From: an uncultured delta proteobacterium
GTDB lineage: Bacteria; Desulfobacterota; Desulfomonilia; Desulfomonilales; Desulfomonilaceae
DNA length: 64,000 nt
Reading direction: 5' to 3'
NCBI GenBank assembly: GCA_963789265.1
Contig: CAWBKB010000001.1
Location: forward strand, 640,001-704,000
The notes beneath the pieces were generated by a model, which made no database searches, was not told where the DNA came from, and saw only the letters and a program-made list of their open reading frames with translations. Every line of letters starts with the position of its first letter. The first letter of the stretch is position 1. The position numbers were made by a program, and so were the translations under genes. Shown here piece after piece: positions 20,309-30,059 of this stretch.

Positions 20309-20329
20309 TGTGAATTGATGCGGGATGTG

Positions 20330-20682
20330 CGAAACTGTCTCAAAACTCTTGAATTGGACGCAATCGTAACACGAAATTCCCTCACCCTGACCCTCTCTCA
20401 AGGGGCGCGGGGACGCTAATAGAGACCTTGGATCAGCTCCCTCGCCCTCTGGGAGAGGGCTGGGGTGAGGGCACCGAAAATGCCCACCAGGCTTAATCGT
20501 GCCACGACGGCAGCCCTGCGCCGAAGCGCGGGTCTACTTTCTAGCGCCCCAATGAGGCTCAAATGCACGTGGCCGGAGGGACCGGTGATAGTAGCTCGGT
20601 CCCGCGCAGGACGCGGGATTGCCGGGAAAAGGGGGCAGCGTGCTACGAATTTCGTTTGTGCTTTGGTTTTGAGACAGTTTCG
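20330..20682. mobile_element. MITE bounded by IS1182-type inverted repeats (copy 3, longer)
   Basis: Perfect 16-bp inverted repeat CGAAACTGTCTCAAAA / TTTTGAGACAGTTTCG. The first ~175 bp match 5031-5206, followed by extra sequence. Confidence 0.85.
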
Positions 20683-20913
20683 GAAAGCCCGCCCCACGCA
20701 AGTGAATGCTAACACTCCTTGCAATCTCACCTTGACCGTTGAGAATCGGCATGTTATCGGTGGCTTTATCCCTCCGGCGAATCTGACGGACGTGAAGGTT
20801 TAACGCAGACCTTCAGCTTCAGAATTCCGAGGGGGGAATTGTCAAGTTTGTTACAAGTGTCGTATCTCAGTAATCGGTGCACCCTGCAATCAATCCCGCG
20901 TACCGCGCGGGAT

Positions 20914-21086
20914 CGCCGCAGAGTGCGCATAGAAAAAAGAATAGCATATTCAACGCTACGTGAATCACCCAGGCGAGCGCTCAGGCCGAAATTGGCCCCT
21001 TTGTCGCAGACCGGGACTTCCGGTGCTCGAACGGATAGACGCTCTGCAAAACAGCATTCTCTGAGGTCTCTGCGTTCTCTGTGGTG
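20914..21086. repeat. ~175-bp element with imperfect terminal inverted repeats (copy 2)
   Basis: CGCCGCAGAGTGCGCATAGA ... TCTCTGCGTTCTCTGTGGTG; the interior shares CAGACC..TCGA.CGG..AGACGC with 15538-15717. Confidence 0.55.
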
Positions 21087-21119
21087 AGCTTTCGCTTATT
21101 TCATAATTGCGGAGGGAAG

Positions 21120-21596
21120 ATGTTCTCAAAGCTGGTAAGAGCTGAACAAGCTCTTCACCTTTTGGATTTGCCCGATAAGGCGCAGTTGGAGCAAAGTGTG
21201 GCCGAGGGCCTGCTTAAGCCGGCCAAAGAAAGCTCCAAAGGGCCGTGGTTCCTCGTAGCAGACATCGTCATGTTCAAGTTAACCCAGGCCATTTCTCACG
21301 TCGGAGTGGAGCCGCATAAGGCTGCAAGATACGCAGAGGCAATTCTCGGTACGCGGCTCCAAGCCCACGACAACAACGTCGTAGATTGGATAGAAAACGA
21401 AACCCAGGAACTGTTCTGCTTTATTGCCGACAATCAGTTGACAAGGATCTTCCTCAGAAATAAGGAGGATTCCAAGGAAGTTGACGTAGGCGCAGTCAAG
21501 CCGGTTTTGTTTCCAACCACCAAGTGTGAGATCAACGTTTTCCGGGTGATCAGACCGGTGGTATTTCGGACGCGACAGCTACTTGGCCCTAAATGA
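21120..21596 (+). CDS. Hypothetical protein, possible N-terminal MerR/excisionase-like HTH
   Basis: GGAGG RBS; the pattern AEGLLKP...WFLVADIV..KL...VGV resembles MerR-type HTH spacing (inference). Confidence 0.65.
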   Translation: MFSKLVRAEQALHLLDLPDKAQLEQSVAEGLLKPAKESSKGPWFLVADIVMFKLTQAISHVGVEPHKAARYAEAILGTRLQAHDNNVVDWIENETQELFCFIADNQLTRIFLRNKEDSKEVDVGAVKPVLFPTTKCEINVFRVIRPVVFRTRQLLGPK

Positions 21597-21631
21597 GGCC
21601 CGCTGGTGCCGACCCCGCCCCGTCTCTACCG

Positions 21632-21928
21632 CTATCTGCCGGCTACGCAGCCTTTGATACTAATAGCTTTCATTACTGAATCCAGTTGCTTCAGAGCCGC
21701 GCCCTTTTTCAACTTGTAATTCTTGATCTGCGTCATGTTGCCCGAGTCGATGGCTGAGCCCAACACGGTATCTATGGTCTTCACATCTTGCTGGTACCCC
21801 TGGGCCAGTCGGATAAGCTCAGCGCAACTTTTGGCCAGCAAATCATCGGCATAGGTATGCGCTGTCATAAAGAGCATCGCTAAACTGACAATCGCGACAG
21901 CCGCGCAGTATTCAATCCGCCTCTTCAT
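21632..21928 (-). CDS. Small exported hypothetical protein
   Basis: Signal peptide ending AHTYA, two Cys in the mature part, GGAGAGG RBS. Confidence 0.7.
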   Translation of the reverse strand: MKRRIEYCAAVAIVSLAMLFMTAHTYADDLLAKSCAELIRLAQGYQQDVKTIDTVLGSAIDSGNMTQIKNYKLKKGAALKQLDSVMKAISIKGCVAGR

Positions 21929-22055
21929 TCAGTCCTCTCCTCTCCTTCGGGCTAATGGACATGGTTTCGGCCGGGGCCGGCGCACCGGCATCGGCCAAGC
22001 CTCGGCAGGGCCTCCTTATATCACAATGCAACAGCAGCACAACCGTAATTTTGGC

Positions 22056-22184
22056 ATGCATTCAGTTACAGCCGGAATTTACCGGTGGCTTCGTGGGGTG
22101 GGCTTTCTAGCCCGCCATTGAACAGGGGTTTCCGCGGCAGGCTGTCCCGCGCCTCGCGGGACTGCCCCACAAGACTGAATGGAT
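22056..22184. repeat. ~130-bp inverted-repeat-bounded palindromic repeat (second copy at 39662-39790)
   Basis: ATGCATTCAGT ... ACTGAATGGAT (10/11 inverted repeat) enclosing GTGGGGTGGGCTTTCTAGCCCGCC and GTCCCGCGCCTCGCGGGAC. Confidence 0.7.
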
Positions 22185-22333
22185 ACTAATTTTGTGTGCT
22201 TTTCCTTGACCTGCCCATCAGTCTTTGCATAATAAGATCAAACTTTTCAGGCTCTGCGAGAGAAGTTCTTTCTTCCACTCGCTTTACCGATGAATCATGA
22301 ATAACAACAGGGCAGGTGCCCGAGAGGAAAGCA

Positions 22334-23242
22334 ATGTTCAACAAAGTGACTACGACAATCGACGAGGATCTGTGCACAGGATGCGGCCTGTGTGTGGAAA
22401 TATGCCCCAGCAGAACTCTGTCAATACAAAACGGAAAAGCTGCGGTAACAGGCAGCCGATCCCTGAACTGCGGACACTGTATGGCGGTTTGTCCGGAGGG
22501 GGCAGTCACGGTGGGAGCGATTGACGAGAGTATGTCGCAATTCGTCAATTTCGAGCCCGATCACAAATGGCTGCCGCACGGAGAATTCGACACGGCCCAA
22601 CTGGCCAGGTTGATGGCGTCAAGACGCTCCTGTCGCAATTTCTTGGACAAATCGGTCGATCGGTCGATTCTGGAAGATCTGGTAAAAATCGGGTGCACAG
22701 CACCTTCCGCCACGAACTGCCAGCTTTGGACGTTCACAATATTGCCGACTCGGAAGGCAGTGTGGGAGCTTGGCAAGGGGGTCAAAGATTTCTACGTCAA
22801 ATTGAACTCCACGGCCGAAAACTCTTTGCTACGGACGTTCCTCAAGCTCATCGGAAAGCCCGAGTTGGATCAATATTACAGAGAGTACTACGAGACCGTG
22901 AAAGAGGGCTTGGCCGAATTTGACCGGACCGGAGTCGATCACCTGTTCCATGGCGCCCCATCGGCCATTGTGGTCGGATCCAGGCGAGGGGCCACGTTGC
23001 CCAGGGAAGACTCAATGCTCGCCGCTCAGAACATACTCTTGGCTGCTCACAGCATGGGGTTGGGAAGCTGTCTGATCGGCATGGCAGTGGAAGCGATGAA
23101 GAATGATCGAAAGCTCCAGAGGGTAATTGAAATTCCACCCAAAGAGACGGTTTATGCAGTTATAGCTTTAGGTTATCCGGACGAACATTACACGCTTCAG
23201 GCCGGCAGGAAGAAACCTGTTGTCAGAGTCTTTGAACAGTAA
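22334..23242 (+). CDS. Nitroreductase family protein with an N-terminal 2x[4Fe-4S] ferredoxin domain
   Basis: CTGCGLCVEICP and SLNCGHCMAVCP (first Cys of the second cluster replaced by Ser); RRSCRNF, APSATNCQ and AAHSMGLGSC. Confidence 0.9.
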   Translation: MFNKVTTTIDEDLCTGCGLCVEICPSRTLSIQNGKAAVTGSRSLNCGHCMAVCPEGAVTVGAIDESMSQFVNFEPDHKWLPHGEFDTAQLARLMASRRSCRNFLDKSVDRSILEDLVKIGCTAPSATNCQLWTFTILPTRKAVWELGKGVKDFYVKLNSTAENSLLRTFLKLIGKPELDQYYREYYETVKEGLAEFDRTGVDHLFHGAPSAIVVGSRRGATLPREDSMLAAQNILLAAHSMGLGSCLIGMAVEAMKNDRKLQRVIEIPPKETVYAVIALGYPDEHYTLQAGRKKPVVRVFEQ

Positions 23243-23267
23243 GTTGTGATGGAGAGGGAGCGATCTA

Positions 23268-23837
23268 ATGAAAAAATCCATGGGTGCAAAAACAATTCTT
23301 TATCCGACCCCGGTCCTGATCGTGGGCACTTACGATAAGTCCGGTAAACCCAATGTCATGACCGTCGCCTGGGGCGGGATCTGCTGTTCGTCTCCACCTT
23401 GCGTCTCCATATCCGTTCGCGAGGCCACATACACGTACGGCAACCTCATGGAGCAGAAAGCGTTCACCATAAGCATCCCATCGGAGAAATACGTGAAGCA
23501 GGCCGATTTCATCGGAACCGCGTCGGGGAGGGAAGTCGACAAATTCACAGCCACCGGACTTACGCCTATGAAAAGCGACGTGGTCAATGCCCCGTATGTT
23601 GAAGAGTTTCCGTTAGTATTGGAGTGCAAGATCATTCATACCCACAAAATCGGCCTTCACACTCAATTCGTCGGTGAAATACTCGACATCAAGGCCGACG
23701 AGTCCGCTGTCGGAGAACACGGCCCTGAGATCGAAAGGATCAAGCCTTTCTTGTGGTCGCCTGATTACGGCCGCGGCTATTATGGGGTTGGCCGGAATCT
23801 GGGCAAGGCGTTCTCAATAGGAAAAGACCCGAAATAG
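23268..23837 (+). CDS. Flavin reductase / flavoredoxin family protein
   Basis: [48 protein letters not shown] and HTQFVGEI. Confidence 0.9.
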   Translation: MKKSMGAKTILYPTPVLIVGTYDKSGKPNVMTVAWGGICCSSPPCVSISVREATYTYGNLMEQKAFTISIPSEKYVKQADFIGTASGREVDKFTATGLTPMKSDVVNAPYVEEFPLVLECKIIHTHKIGLHTQFVGEILDIKADESAVGEHGPEIERIKPFLWSPDYGRGYYGVGRNLGKAFSIGKDPK

Positions 23838-23880
23838 CCTTACTTGCGAAGCGGAAGGGTGGGCCTGACTCTAGGTCAAA

Positions 23881-23975
23881 AGACGATACTCGCTTGACTG
23901 CACGAAAGCGCGCACGGGTCTCTTAACCACAAGGAAATCGAGGAACTCCTCCAAGCGCATGGAGCAAGAGAATGA
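23881..23975 (+). pseudogene. Remnant 3' end of an ankyrin-repeat gene
   Basis: With one frameshift it reads DDTRLTARKRA.SLNHKEIEELLQAHGARE*, like a terminal ankyrin repeat (TALxxA..GHxEIVELLxxHGA). Confidence 0.45.
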
Positions 23976-24056
23976 GGTGTCCCGAGGACCGCAAAAGGAC
24001 TCGTGTGGTGGTTTATTACTGGTTGTCGTAAGTGCGGTCGCGGATTTTCAAGGTAG

Positions 24057-24128
24057 AGATTGCTTCGTCGTTTCACTCCTCGCAATGACATTCCCACTAC
24101 CTGTCATTGCGAGCGCAGCGAAGCAATC
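24057..24128. repeat. TGTCATTGCGAG/CTCGCAATGACA REP-like pair
   Basis: AGATTGCTTCGTCGTTTCACTCCTCGCAATGACA followed by TGTCATTGCGAGCGCAGCGAAGCAATCT. The same family occurs at 39489, 47205 and 58903. Confidence 0.75.
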
Positions 24129-24243
24129 TTCTTCCGTACCGGGTCCTCATGTCACAGTATTTGCGAAAAGGAGTACTCAGTCGTCGGCCCAGAACCCCGA
24201 GTCAGTAACACCGCCACAGAATTCCCGGCGAACGGAGGCTGGC

Positions 24244-24597
24244 ATGTATTGTCCCAAGTGCGGATGTGAATACCGCGAAGGCTTTTACGAGTGCTCAGAC
24301 TGTAGAGTCTCTCTGGTCTATGACCCGCCGCCACAAGCGAGGCCCGCTGCCCGGAAACGCGAACTTGTTACAATTCTGCAGACCGGTGACCCAGCTCTCA
24401 TTGCGGTCCTCAAATCGGTACTCGAAGGTGAGGAAATTTGGTACGTAGTCCAAGGTGAAGGAATGTCGAACCTTTTTCCCGGAGTGCTAGGATACCACCC
24501 TGTCACTTTTCAAGTCGATTCAGAGGACGAGGAGAAGGCCAGGGAGTTGCTCCAGGAATTTGATTCCGAAATGTGGGAAGGACCAATCGAGCCCTGA
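24244..24597 (+). CDS. DUF2007-type (putative signal-transducing) protein with an N-terminal zinc ribbon
   Basis: MYCPKCGCEYREGFYECSDCRVSLV, then LKSVLEGEEI..VQGE..QV..EDEEKARELL. Confidence 0.8.
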   Translation: MYCPKCGCEYREGFYECSDCRVSLVYDPPPQARPAARKRELVTILQTGDPALIAVLKSVLEGEEIWYVVQGEGMSNLFPGVLGYHPVTFQVDSEDEEKARELLQEFDSEMWEGPIEP

Positions 24598-24625
24598 TCG
24601 GGAAAGCTCGATCAGCCTGACTCAT

Positions 24626-24741
24626 GGGCCGGGCCTTGCTGCTTGCGGCGGGAGATCGCCGCGGAGGTCGGCTTCGTTACTCCACACTGAGCAGGAATGG
24701 ACGGCGCGAAAAGAGGGAGTCAAGAAACAAGAGCTGACGCC
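24626..24741 (+). mobile_element. ~116-bp mini-element, Y1/RAYT-transposase-derived (copy 2)
   Basis: GGGCCGGGCCTTGCTGCTTGC ... GTCAAGAAACAAGAGCTGACGCC; interior EIAAEVG/YSTLSR. Confidence 0.6.
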
Positions 24742-24856
24742 GTTGGGGGCATTACTCGAACAAAACTGCGAATGATACCGTTCCGCAGTGAACCGGGTGA
24801 TTCTTTGCGTTTTGGGCTTGTTGGGGCAGAGAGAAAAGGCCGAGAAAACTGCTCAA

Positions 24857-25387
24857 CTAGCCAAGCGACAATAACTGAATCAGTTGGCGCAGATTTGACA
24901 AATCCTTCGGCGAGATCTTTGTTATCTGGAATCCGCCGTACCACTCTTTGGGCGATTTGCGTGCCTCAATCCATCTACACTCCACTTCAAGCCAGATGTT
25001 ATCGACGTCCAAAAATGGGCGACAAGCAATCATTAAGGATATGACCTCCCCGATCCTCGCCTGAATACCGGTTATGCCTATTCCTTTTTCCGTAACATCG
25101 CGAATCCTGCCCTGGCGGTTCGGTAGGCCGGGTTCGTGGATAGGAATGGTCATGGACAAAAAGTGTCTGGGCAGTTCCCGAACGTCGTTGATTATGACGG
25201 TATCCTGGCCGGATCCACGCTGACCGTAAATCTCCGCAACTGTCATAATTCCGCTATTCACGAGTTTGGAGAAAGCGCTCTCAAGTCCTTTCGCAGATAG
25301 TTCATATTTCTCCATGAGTCCCGCGTCGGTCATACCGGAACGAATATCCTTTACGATGTCCTTGGCCTGTATGATTCTTTTGCTCAC
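24857..25387 (-). CDS. PilZ-domain protein with an N-terminal HTH-like helical domain
   Basis: RELPRH (RxxxR) and RDVTEKGIGI (DxSxxG-like); N-terminal AKDIVKDIRSGMTDAGLMEKYELSAKGL. Confidence 0.75.
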   Translation of the reverse strand: MSKRIIQAKDIVKDIRSGMTDAGLMEKYELSAKGLESAFSKLVNSGIMTVAEIYGQRGSGQDTVIINDVRELPRHFLSMTIPIHEPGLPNRQGRIRDVTEKGIGITGIQARIGEVISLMIACRPFLDVDNIWLEVECRWIEARKSPKEWYGGFQITKISPKDLSNLRQLIQLLSLG

Positions 25388-25460
25388 CTGCCATCCCTGT
25401 CCTAATTTCCAGCGAGAGAAATTGACCCCTCAGCAATTTGCGACTCCCGGTAGCGTATGA

Positions 25461-26888
25461 TTATCGACTCATGTCGATGATTTCCATCCGATTATTTGTA
25501 TCCGGGTATTTGGAAGAAGGGCCTTCTGTTAAGATCACCAGACGCGGTTCAATTCCATGCGATTCAAGCCACGATCGAGCATACGCCTTCCAGTTGTGCG
25601 GATGATCGGGTTCGTGGATCGGCCAAACACCATACGAAAACAACAGCTTCTGGCACGTGGCCCTTTGAGAGCTTACAGATGTAATCCATGCAGGCAGCTT
25701 GTATCGGCTCAAGATTCTGGCTGTTCTGCCGCTTCTCGTTGGAACTATCACAACATCCGGTGTGACTCGTTCCACCACGGTGAGGACGCCAAGCGCCACG
25801 AGGTCGGCTAGAACGGTGCCGCCGCTCCGATCGCGTTCCGTCAGTGCCTGTCTGGCCGGGAAATAGGTCCGGTGCGGCTCGACAGCCTCGGCAATCCGGG
25901 CCAGCATGCCTACACATTCCACTGGATACCGGCCCATGGCGGACTCCTCCGATAGCATAACACAATCGGTGCCGTCCAGGATGGCATTGGCAACATCCGT
26001 AGACTCCGCGCGGGTAGGACGCCGGTTCCTGGTCATCGATTCCAACATCTGAGTGGCTGTAATAACCGGCTTACCCAGCACATTCGCCTTCTGAATCAAT
26101 TGCTTCTGTACAACCGCGATCCGTTCTATGGGGATTTCCACGCCAAGATCACCGCGGGCTACCATGATACCGTCAGCCGCATGCAAAATACTGTCGATTT
26201 GATCGAGTGCCCCGGAACGTTCTATTTTAGCTATGATAAGTAAGTTCCCACCTAAGACCGTTACTGCATCGCGGACCGCCTCAATGTCCTTGGCAGACTC
26301 CACAAAAGACTGACTGACCGCATCGATTCCCTGTTCCACGGCAAATCTGAGACACTCTTGATCCCGGTCGGTGAACGCACTAATTCCAAGATCTATACCG
26401 GGTAAGTTGAGCCCTTTTCGGGAGCGAAGCTCTCCGCCGACCAGCACCCGGCACCGAACTTCCGGTCCCGACACTTCCAGAACTTTCAACTGGATCAGTC
26501 CGTCGTTGAGGAAAAGGGCGTCGCCTTTCTTAACGACGTCGGGCAGATGTGCAAAACTAACTGAAGCCCTTGTCTTGTCTCCCACGATATTCTGAGTGGT
26601 CAACGTAAAGGTGGTCCCAATCTCTAATTCTATAGGCTCACCGGCTAACTCCCCAATCCGCATCTTGGGACCGGGCAGATCGGCCATGATGGCCACAGAC
26701 CTGCCCGCTACTTCGGATGCTCTTCTAATTAAGTCAATTCTGTGTTTGTGAGCCGTGAGATCTTCGTGAGAAAAATTCAGTCGCGCAACATTCATCCCTG
26801 CGCAAATCATCTCTTCAAGAATCGCAACCGAGTCTGATGCAGGCCCGATTGTGCATACTATTTTTGTTTTGTGGGCTGAAAGGTTCAT
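25461..26888 (-). CDS. pyk: Pyruvate kinase
   Basis: KTKIVCTIGPAS, ARLNFSH, DLPGPKMR, IAKIE, IMVARGDLGVE, ATQMLESM and PTRAESTDVANA. Confidence 0.97.
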   Translation of the reverse strand: MNLSAHKTKIVCTIGPASDSVAILEEMICAGMNVARLNFSHEDLTAHKHRIDLIRRASEVAGRSVAIMADLPGPKMRIGELAGEPIELEIGTTFTLTTQNIVGDKTRASVSFAHLPDVVKKGDALFLNDGLIQLKVLEVSGPEVRCRVLVGGELRSRKGLNLPGIDLGISAFTDRDQECLRFAVEQGIDAVSQSFVESAKDIEAVRDAVTVLGGNLLIIAKIERSGALDQIDSILHAADGIMVARGDLGVEIPIERIAVVQKQLIQKANVLGKPVITATQMLESMTRNRRPTRAESTDVANAILDGTDCVMLSEESAMGRYPVECVGMLARIAEAVEPHRTYFPARQALTERDRSGGTVLADLVALGVLTVVERVTPDVVIVPTRSGRTARILSRYKLPAWITSVSSQRATCQKLLFSYGVWPIHEPDHPHNWKAYARSWLESHGIEPRLVILTEGPSSKYPDTNNRMEIIDMSR

Positions 26889-26969
26889 GATGTTCGGTGC
26901 CCCCTTTTGCCGTCCGACTATCTCCAGGATATTATCCCGATTCGCTTTTAAACAAGTGACATCGTGTTT

Positions 26970-27115
26970 CTGGTAGGGGCGGGTTTCAAACCCGCCCTTA
27001 CATGTCGTCATGTCGAGTACGCGGGCACTGTAGGGGCACCTCTTGTGGGTGCCCACGAGAGAGCAGACACTAGGTCTGCCCCACGTGCCCGGATAGGAGC
27101 CCAGGGTAACCCCGC
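26970..27115. repeat. GTAG-type REP-like repeat cluster
   Basis: GTAGGGGCGGGTTTCAAACCCGCCC and GTAGGGGCACCTCTTGTGGGTGCCC; homologous to 16209-16335. Confidence 0.7.
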
Positions 27116-27190
27116 TATATCCTGTCTAGGGTTGTCATTCGATTCACGACGTATTGAGACTAGACCGCGAAGGACAAATCTTCGATGGTC

Positions 27191-28849
27191 TCAGCCCCCT
27201 ACTGTGCTTCTGCTCAATTCAGCCTCTGTGCTAAATCCGTTAAGCCGATACAAAGTGACGGGTGCGTCAATGCCCTTGAGAAAACATTCTCGCGTCTCTT
27301 TTACCGAAGCCTCTCCGTTCAAATTACGAAAGACTTCCGGTGACACGAGCACCTCGCCGCCCGCGGCTTTCGCCTGAATCCTAAAAGCGAGATTTATGGG
27401 ACTTCCTATGGCTCCGTATTTCATGCGTTTCTCGGAGCCGATATTGCCGACAATTAGCTGCCCGGTATTCACTCCAATCCCCATTTGAAGTTCGGGGAGG
27501 CCCAGCGGCAGATTGGCACTGTTCAATCCTTTCATGGCGTCCTGCATTTCCAAGGCGCATGCCACCGCGCGCCCGGGGTGATGCGGGAGGGACTTGGGCG
27601 CTCCAAAGAATACGAGTATCCCGTCCCCGGTGAATTCGTCGATGGTGCCTCCGTGTTTCAATATGATATCCGTCATTTCGCCAAGGTAACGGTTAATCAT
27701 TTCCAAAACTTGTCGGGGATTTAACAACTCCGTTGTACGAGTGAATCCACGAATGTCCGATACCAAAATAGTGATCTCTCTAAGCTCCCCTCTCAGTTCC
27801 ACCCCCCCTGGGGATTTGAGGATTTCGTTCACGACCTCCTCGCTCAAGTACCGGCCGAAGGTCTCCCTGACGGAGTCCAGGCGCTTGTGCTCCTGAACCA
27901 TGCTATTGAATCCTTCCCCCGTACGCCCGATCTCATCATTGGAAAATACCGGGATGCTGGCGTCGAGATCTCCGTTGCGGAATGTTTCCATAGCGGCTTC
28001 AAACGTCTTGAGCGGCTCGGAAACACTCTTGGCCATGAATATCGATACCGCAATCGCCTCGGGAATGAACACAGCGAGGAGAAACCAGATCAGCAACGGC
28101 ATGTGGGAAATGAAGTTTCCTATTGATTGCTTTCCCACCTCAATCTCTTGAATCTGGCCTAACGTCACCGTCCCGATCATTGCAAGGGGAAGTGTTGTTA
28201 TCAATAGAGAAACAATCAGCATCTTCGGAAGAACATTGATCCTGAATGTGAGTGGAGTTTCGAGCAATGCCCGGGGCGGAAAAAACTCACGCATCTTTGT
28301 ACGGATCCAACGTTCCTGGAAGAAAAATATCGCACTAACCGTTAGAGGAGCAGCGATCAACACCATCCAGGCCGAGATCTTATCTGCGGAGTTGTGGGTC
28401 CACGGATAAAGTTTCGGGGGAAGACTGTGACCGATTAAGTAAAAAGTTGTGGCGCCAATAACCCACCCTACGAGCGTTGTTCCTGCGAGCCGTACAGGCA
28501 GTTTCAACAGGTCTCCTGCCAAAACGCGGAATCTGTCGATGTCTACTTCCTGTGTTCCGCCAACCCCGTGAGGCTGTAGCTTTCTCTTGATTTCTCGTAC
28601 CAGAGGGAGAGCCCAGCTCAGGTTGATGGGGGCAATCACTGCAACCGCGGACATCCATACGATCGCGACGATGACCACTCTTGCCATCAGGCTTTCCGTC
28701 ACGGTCCCGGGAGCCGGATTGGATTGAACCAGCGCGAAGTATACAAAGGTAAGCAGGACCCCGATAAGGTTCCCGAACACGTTGATCACAGCCGTAGCTT
28801 TCACAAGAATCGTTGCCGGGGAAATCCTTTTGTCAGTCATGGATTCCAT
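27191..28849 (-). CDS. Membrane-bound class III adenylate/guanylate cyclase with a HAMP domain
   Basis: About six TM segments, HAMP (PL..NGDL..DEIG..FNSM), SDIRGFT, DEFTGDG, GIGVNTG and YGAIGSPINLAFRIQ. Confidence 0.92.
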   Translation of the reverse strand: MESMTDKRISPATILVKATAVINVFGNLIGVLLTFVYFALVQSNPAPGTVTESLMARVVIVAIVWMSAVAVIAPINLSWALPLVREIKRKLQPHGVGGTQEVDIDRFRVLAGDLLKLPVRLAGTTLVGWVIGATTFYLIGHSLPPKLYPWTHNSADKISAWMVLIAAPLTVSAIFFFQERWIRTKMREFFPPRALLETPLTFRINVLPKMLIVSLLITTLPLAMIGTVTLGQIQEIEVGKQSIGNFISHMPLLIWFLLAVFIPEAIAVSIFMAKSVSEPLKTFEAAMETFRNGDLDASIPVFSNDEIGRTGEGFNSMVQEHKRLDSVRETFGRYLSEEVVNEILKSPGGVELRGELREITILVSDIRGFTRTTELLNPRQVLEMINRYLGEMTDIILKHGGTIDEFTGDGILVFFGAPKSLPHHPGRAVACALEMQDAMKGLNSANLPLGLPELQMGIGVNTGQLIVGNIGSEKRMKYGAIGSPINLAFRIQAKAAGGEVLVSPEVFRNLNGEASVKETRECFLKGIDAPVTLYRLNGFSTEAELSRSTVGG

Positions 28850-29135
28850 CCTTCTCGATGCCGCTGGAAGCCAGGTACGTTGCACCTCCAAGTTTCTTAT
28901 CACAGGTCGGCCTACTAGATCGAATGTAGAGTAGCGGATTGGAGTTGAGGAAGGCAAGGGCTGGGAAATCCGGCAATCACGGGAGATCGCGTCTGCACAA
29001 TGCTCCCACGCCTCGTGGTTTAGAAATCTGTTTTCATCGAATATGAGGCCAGGGGCAGTCCTTGACCTGCCAAAAGCGTAGAACCGACATGCTGCACAGC
29101 CGAATGCGCAGTTCGTTCACCGATCGTCTGAAATG

Positions 29136-30025
29136 TCAGGCCTCCGGCGCTGTACCAAGCACCTTGCTCAGCTCCACCGCTATTTTCCGAAAGCGTCTTT
29201 GAGCAAGCGCTATCCCCAGCGAGGGGAAAAAGCGATTGGTCCACCAATACACCTTCCACCAGGACGGCACGATAATGATGGGTTTATTCTTTGCCACTGA
29301 ATCTATTACCTTTTCCGCGAAACAGGGGGTGACATGGGCCGGAGCCTTTCCCACATCTGGTGCAGCTTTTCCTGGGGGATATCTATGAGCATTTTGCCGT
29401 ACTTGCCGCCTCCTTCCAGGATAGGTGTACGGATTACCCCAGGACATAAGGCACTGACGCGTATCCCGAAAAGTGCGGCTTCGGCTCGTAAAGACTTTGA
29501 AAGACCTACCACCGCATGCTTGGTCATCGAATAGGCCACGGCTCCCGGAGAAGGCATGAGACCTGCCATGGATGCAGTATTGACGATGTGCCCGAATCCT
29601 TGGTTCATCATGATCCCATAAGCTGTTTGGACTCCGTTTACCACTCCGCGAAGATTGACGTCCATGATCTGATTCCATTCTTGGATGCCGTAGTGGTGCA
29701 CGTTCCCGCCGATAGCGATTCCCGCATTATTGAACATGTAGTCCAGTCGGCCGGTACGATCGACAGTATCGTGGACGAGCTGTTGCATGGCAGGGAAATC
29801 AGTAACATCCATCTTCACGGCTGTGGCTTTTCCGCGGGTTAAAGACCTGATTCCGGACGCGACTTCTTCTGCCAGTACGACTTGACGGTCCGCCAATACC
29901 ACCTCGCAGCCCCGTTTTGCCAGTTCTTCGGCAAGCGCTCGGCCGATTCCGGACGCTCCACCGGTGACAATCGCAGTAGCATCGCTGAAAACACGAATTG
30001 TCTTATTAGATTTCATCGTCAGCAC
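29136..30025 (-). CDS. Short-chain dehydrogenase/reductase; frameshift at ~29320
   Basis: TGGASGIG, NNAGI and YSMTKHA (YxxxK); the C-terminus FAEKVIDSVAKNKPIIIVP continues in the adjacent frame. Confidence 0.9.
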
Positions 30026-30059
30026 CTTCCGTATCCCTTCATCAGTGTGAATGTGTTTC

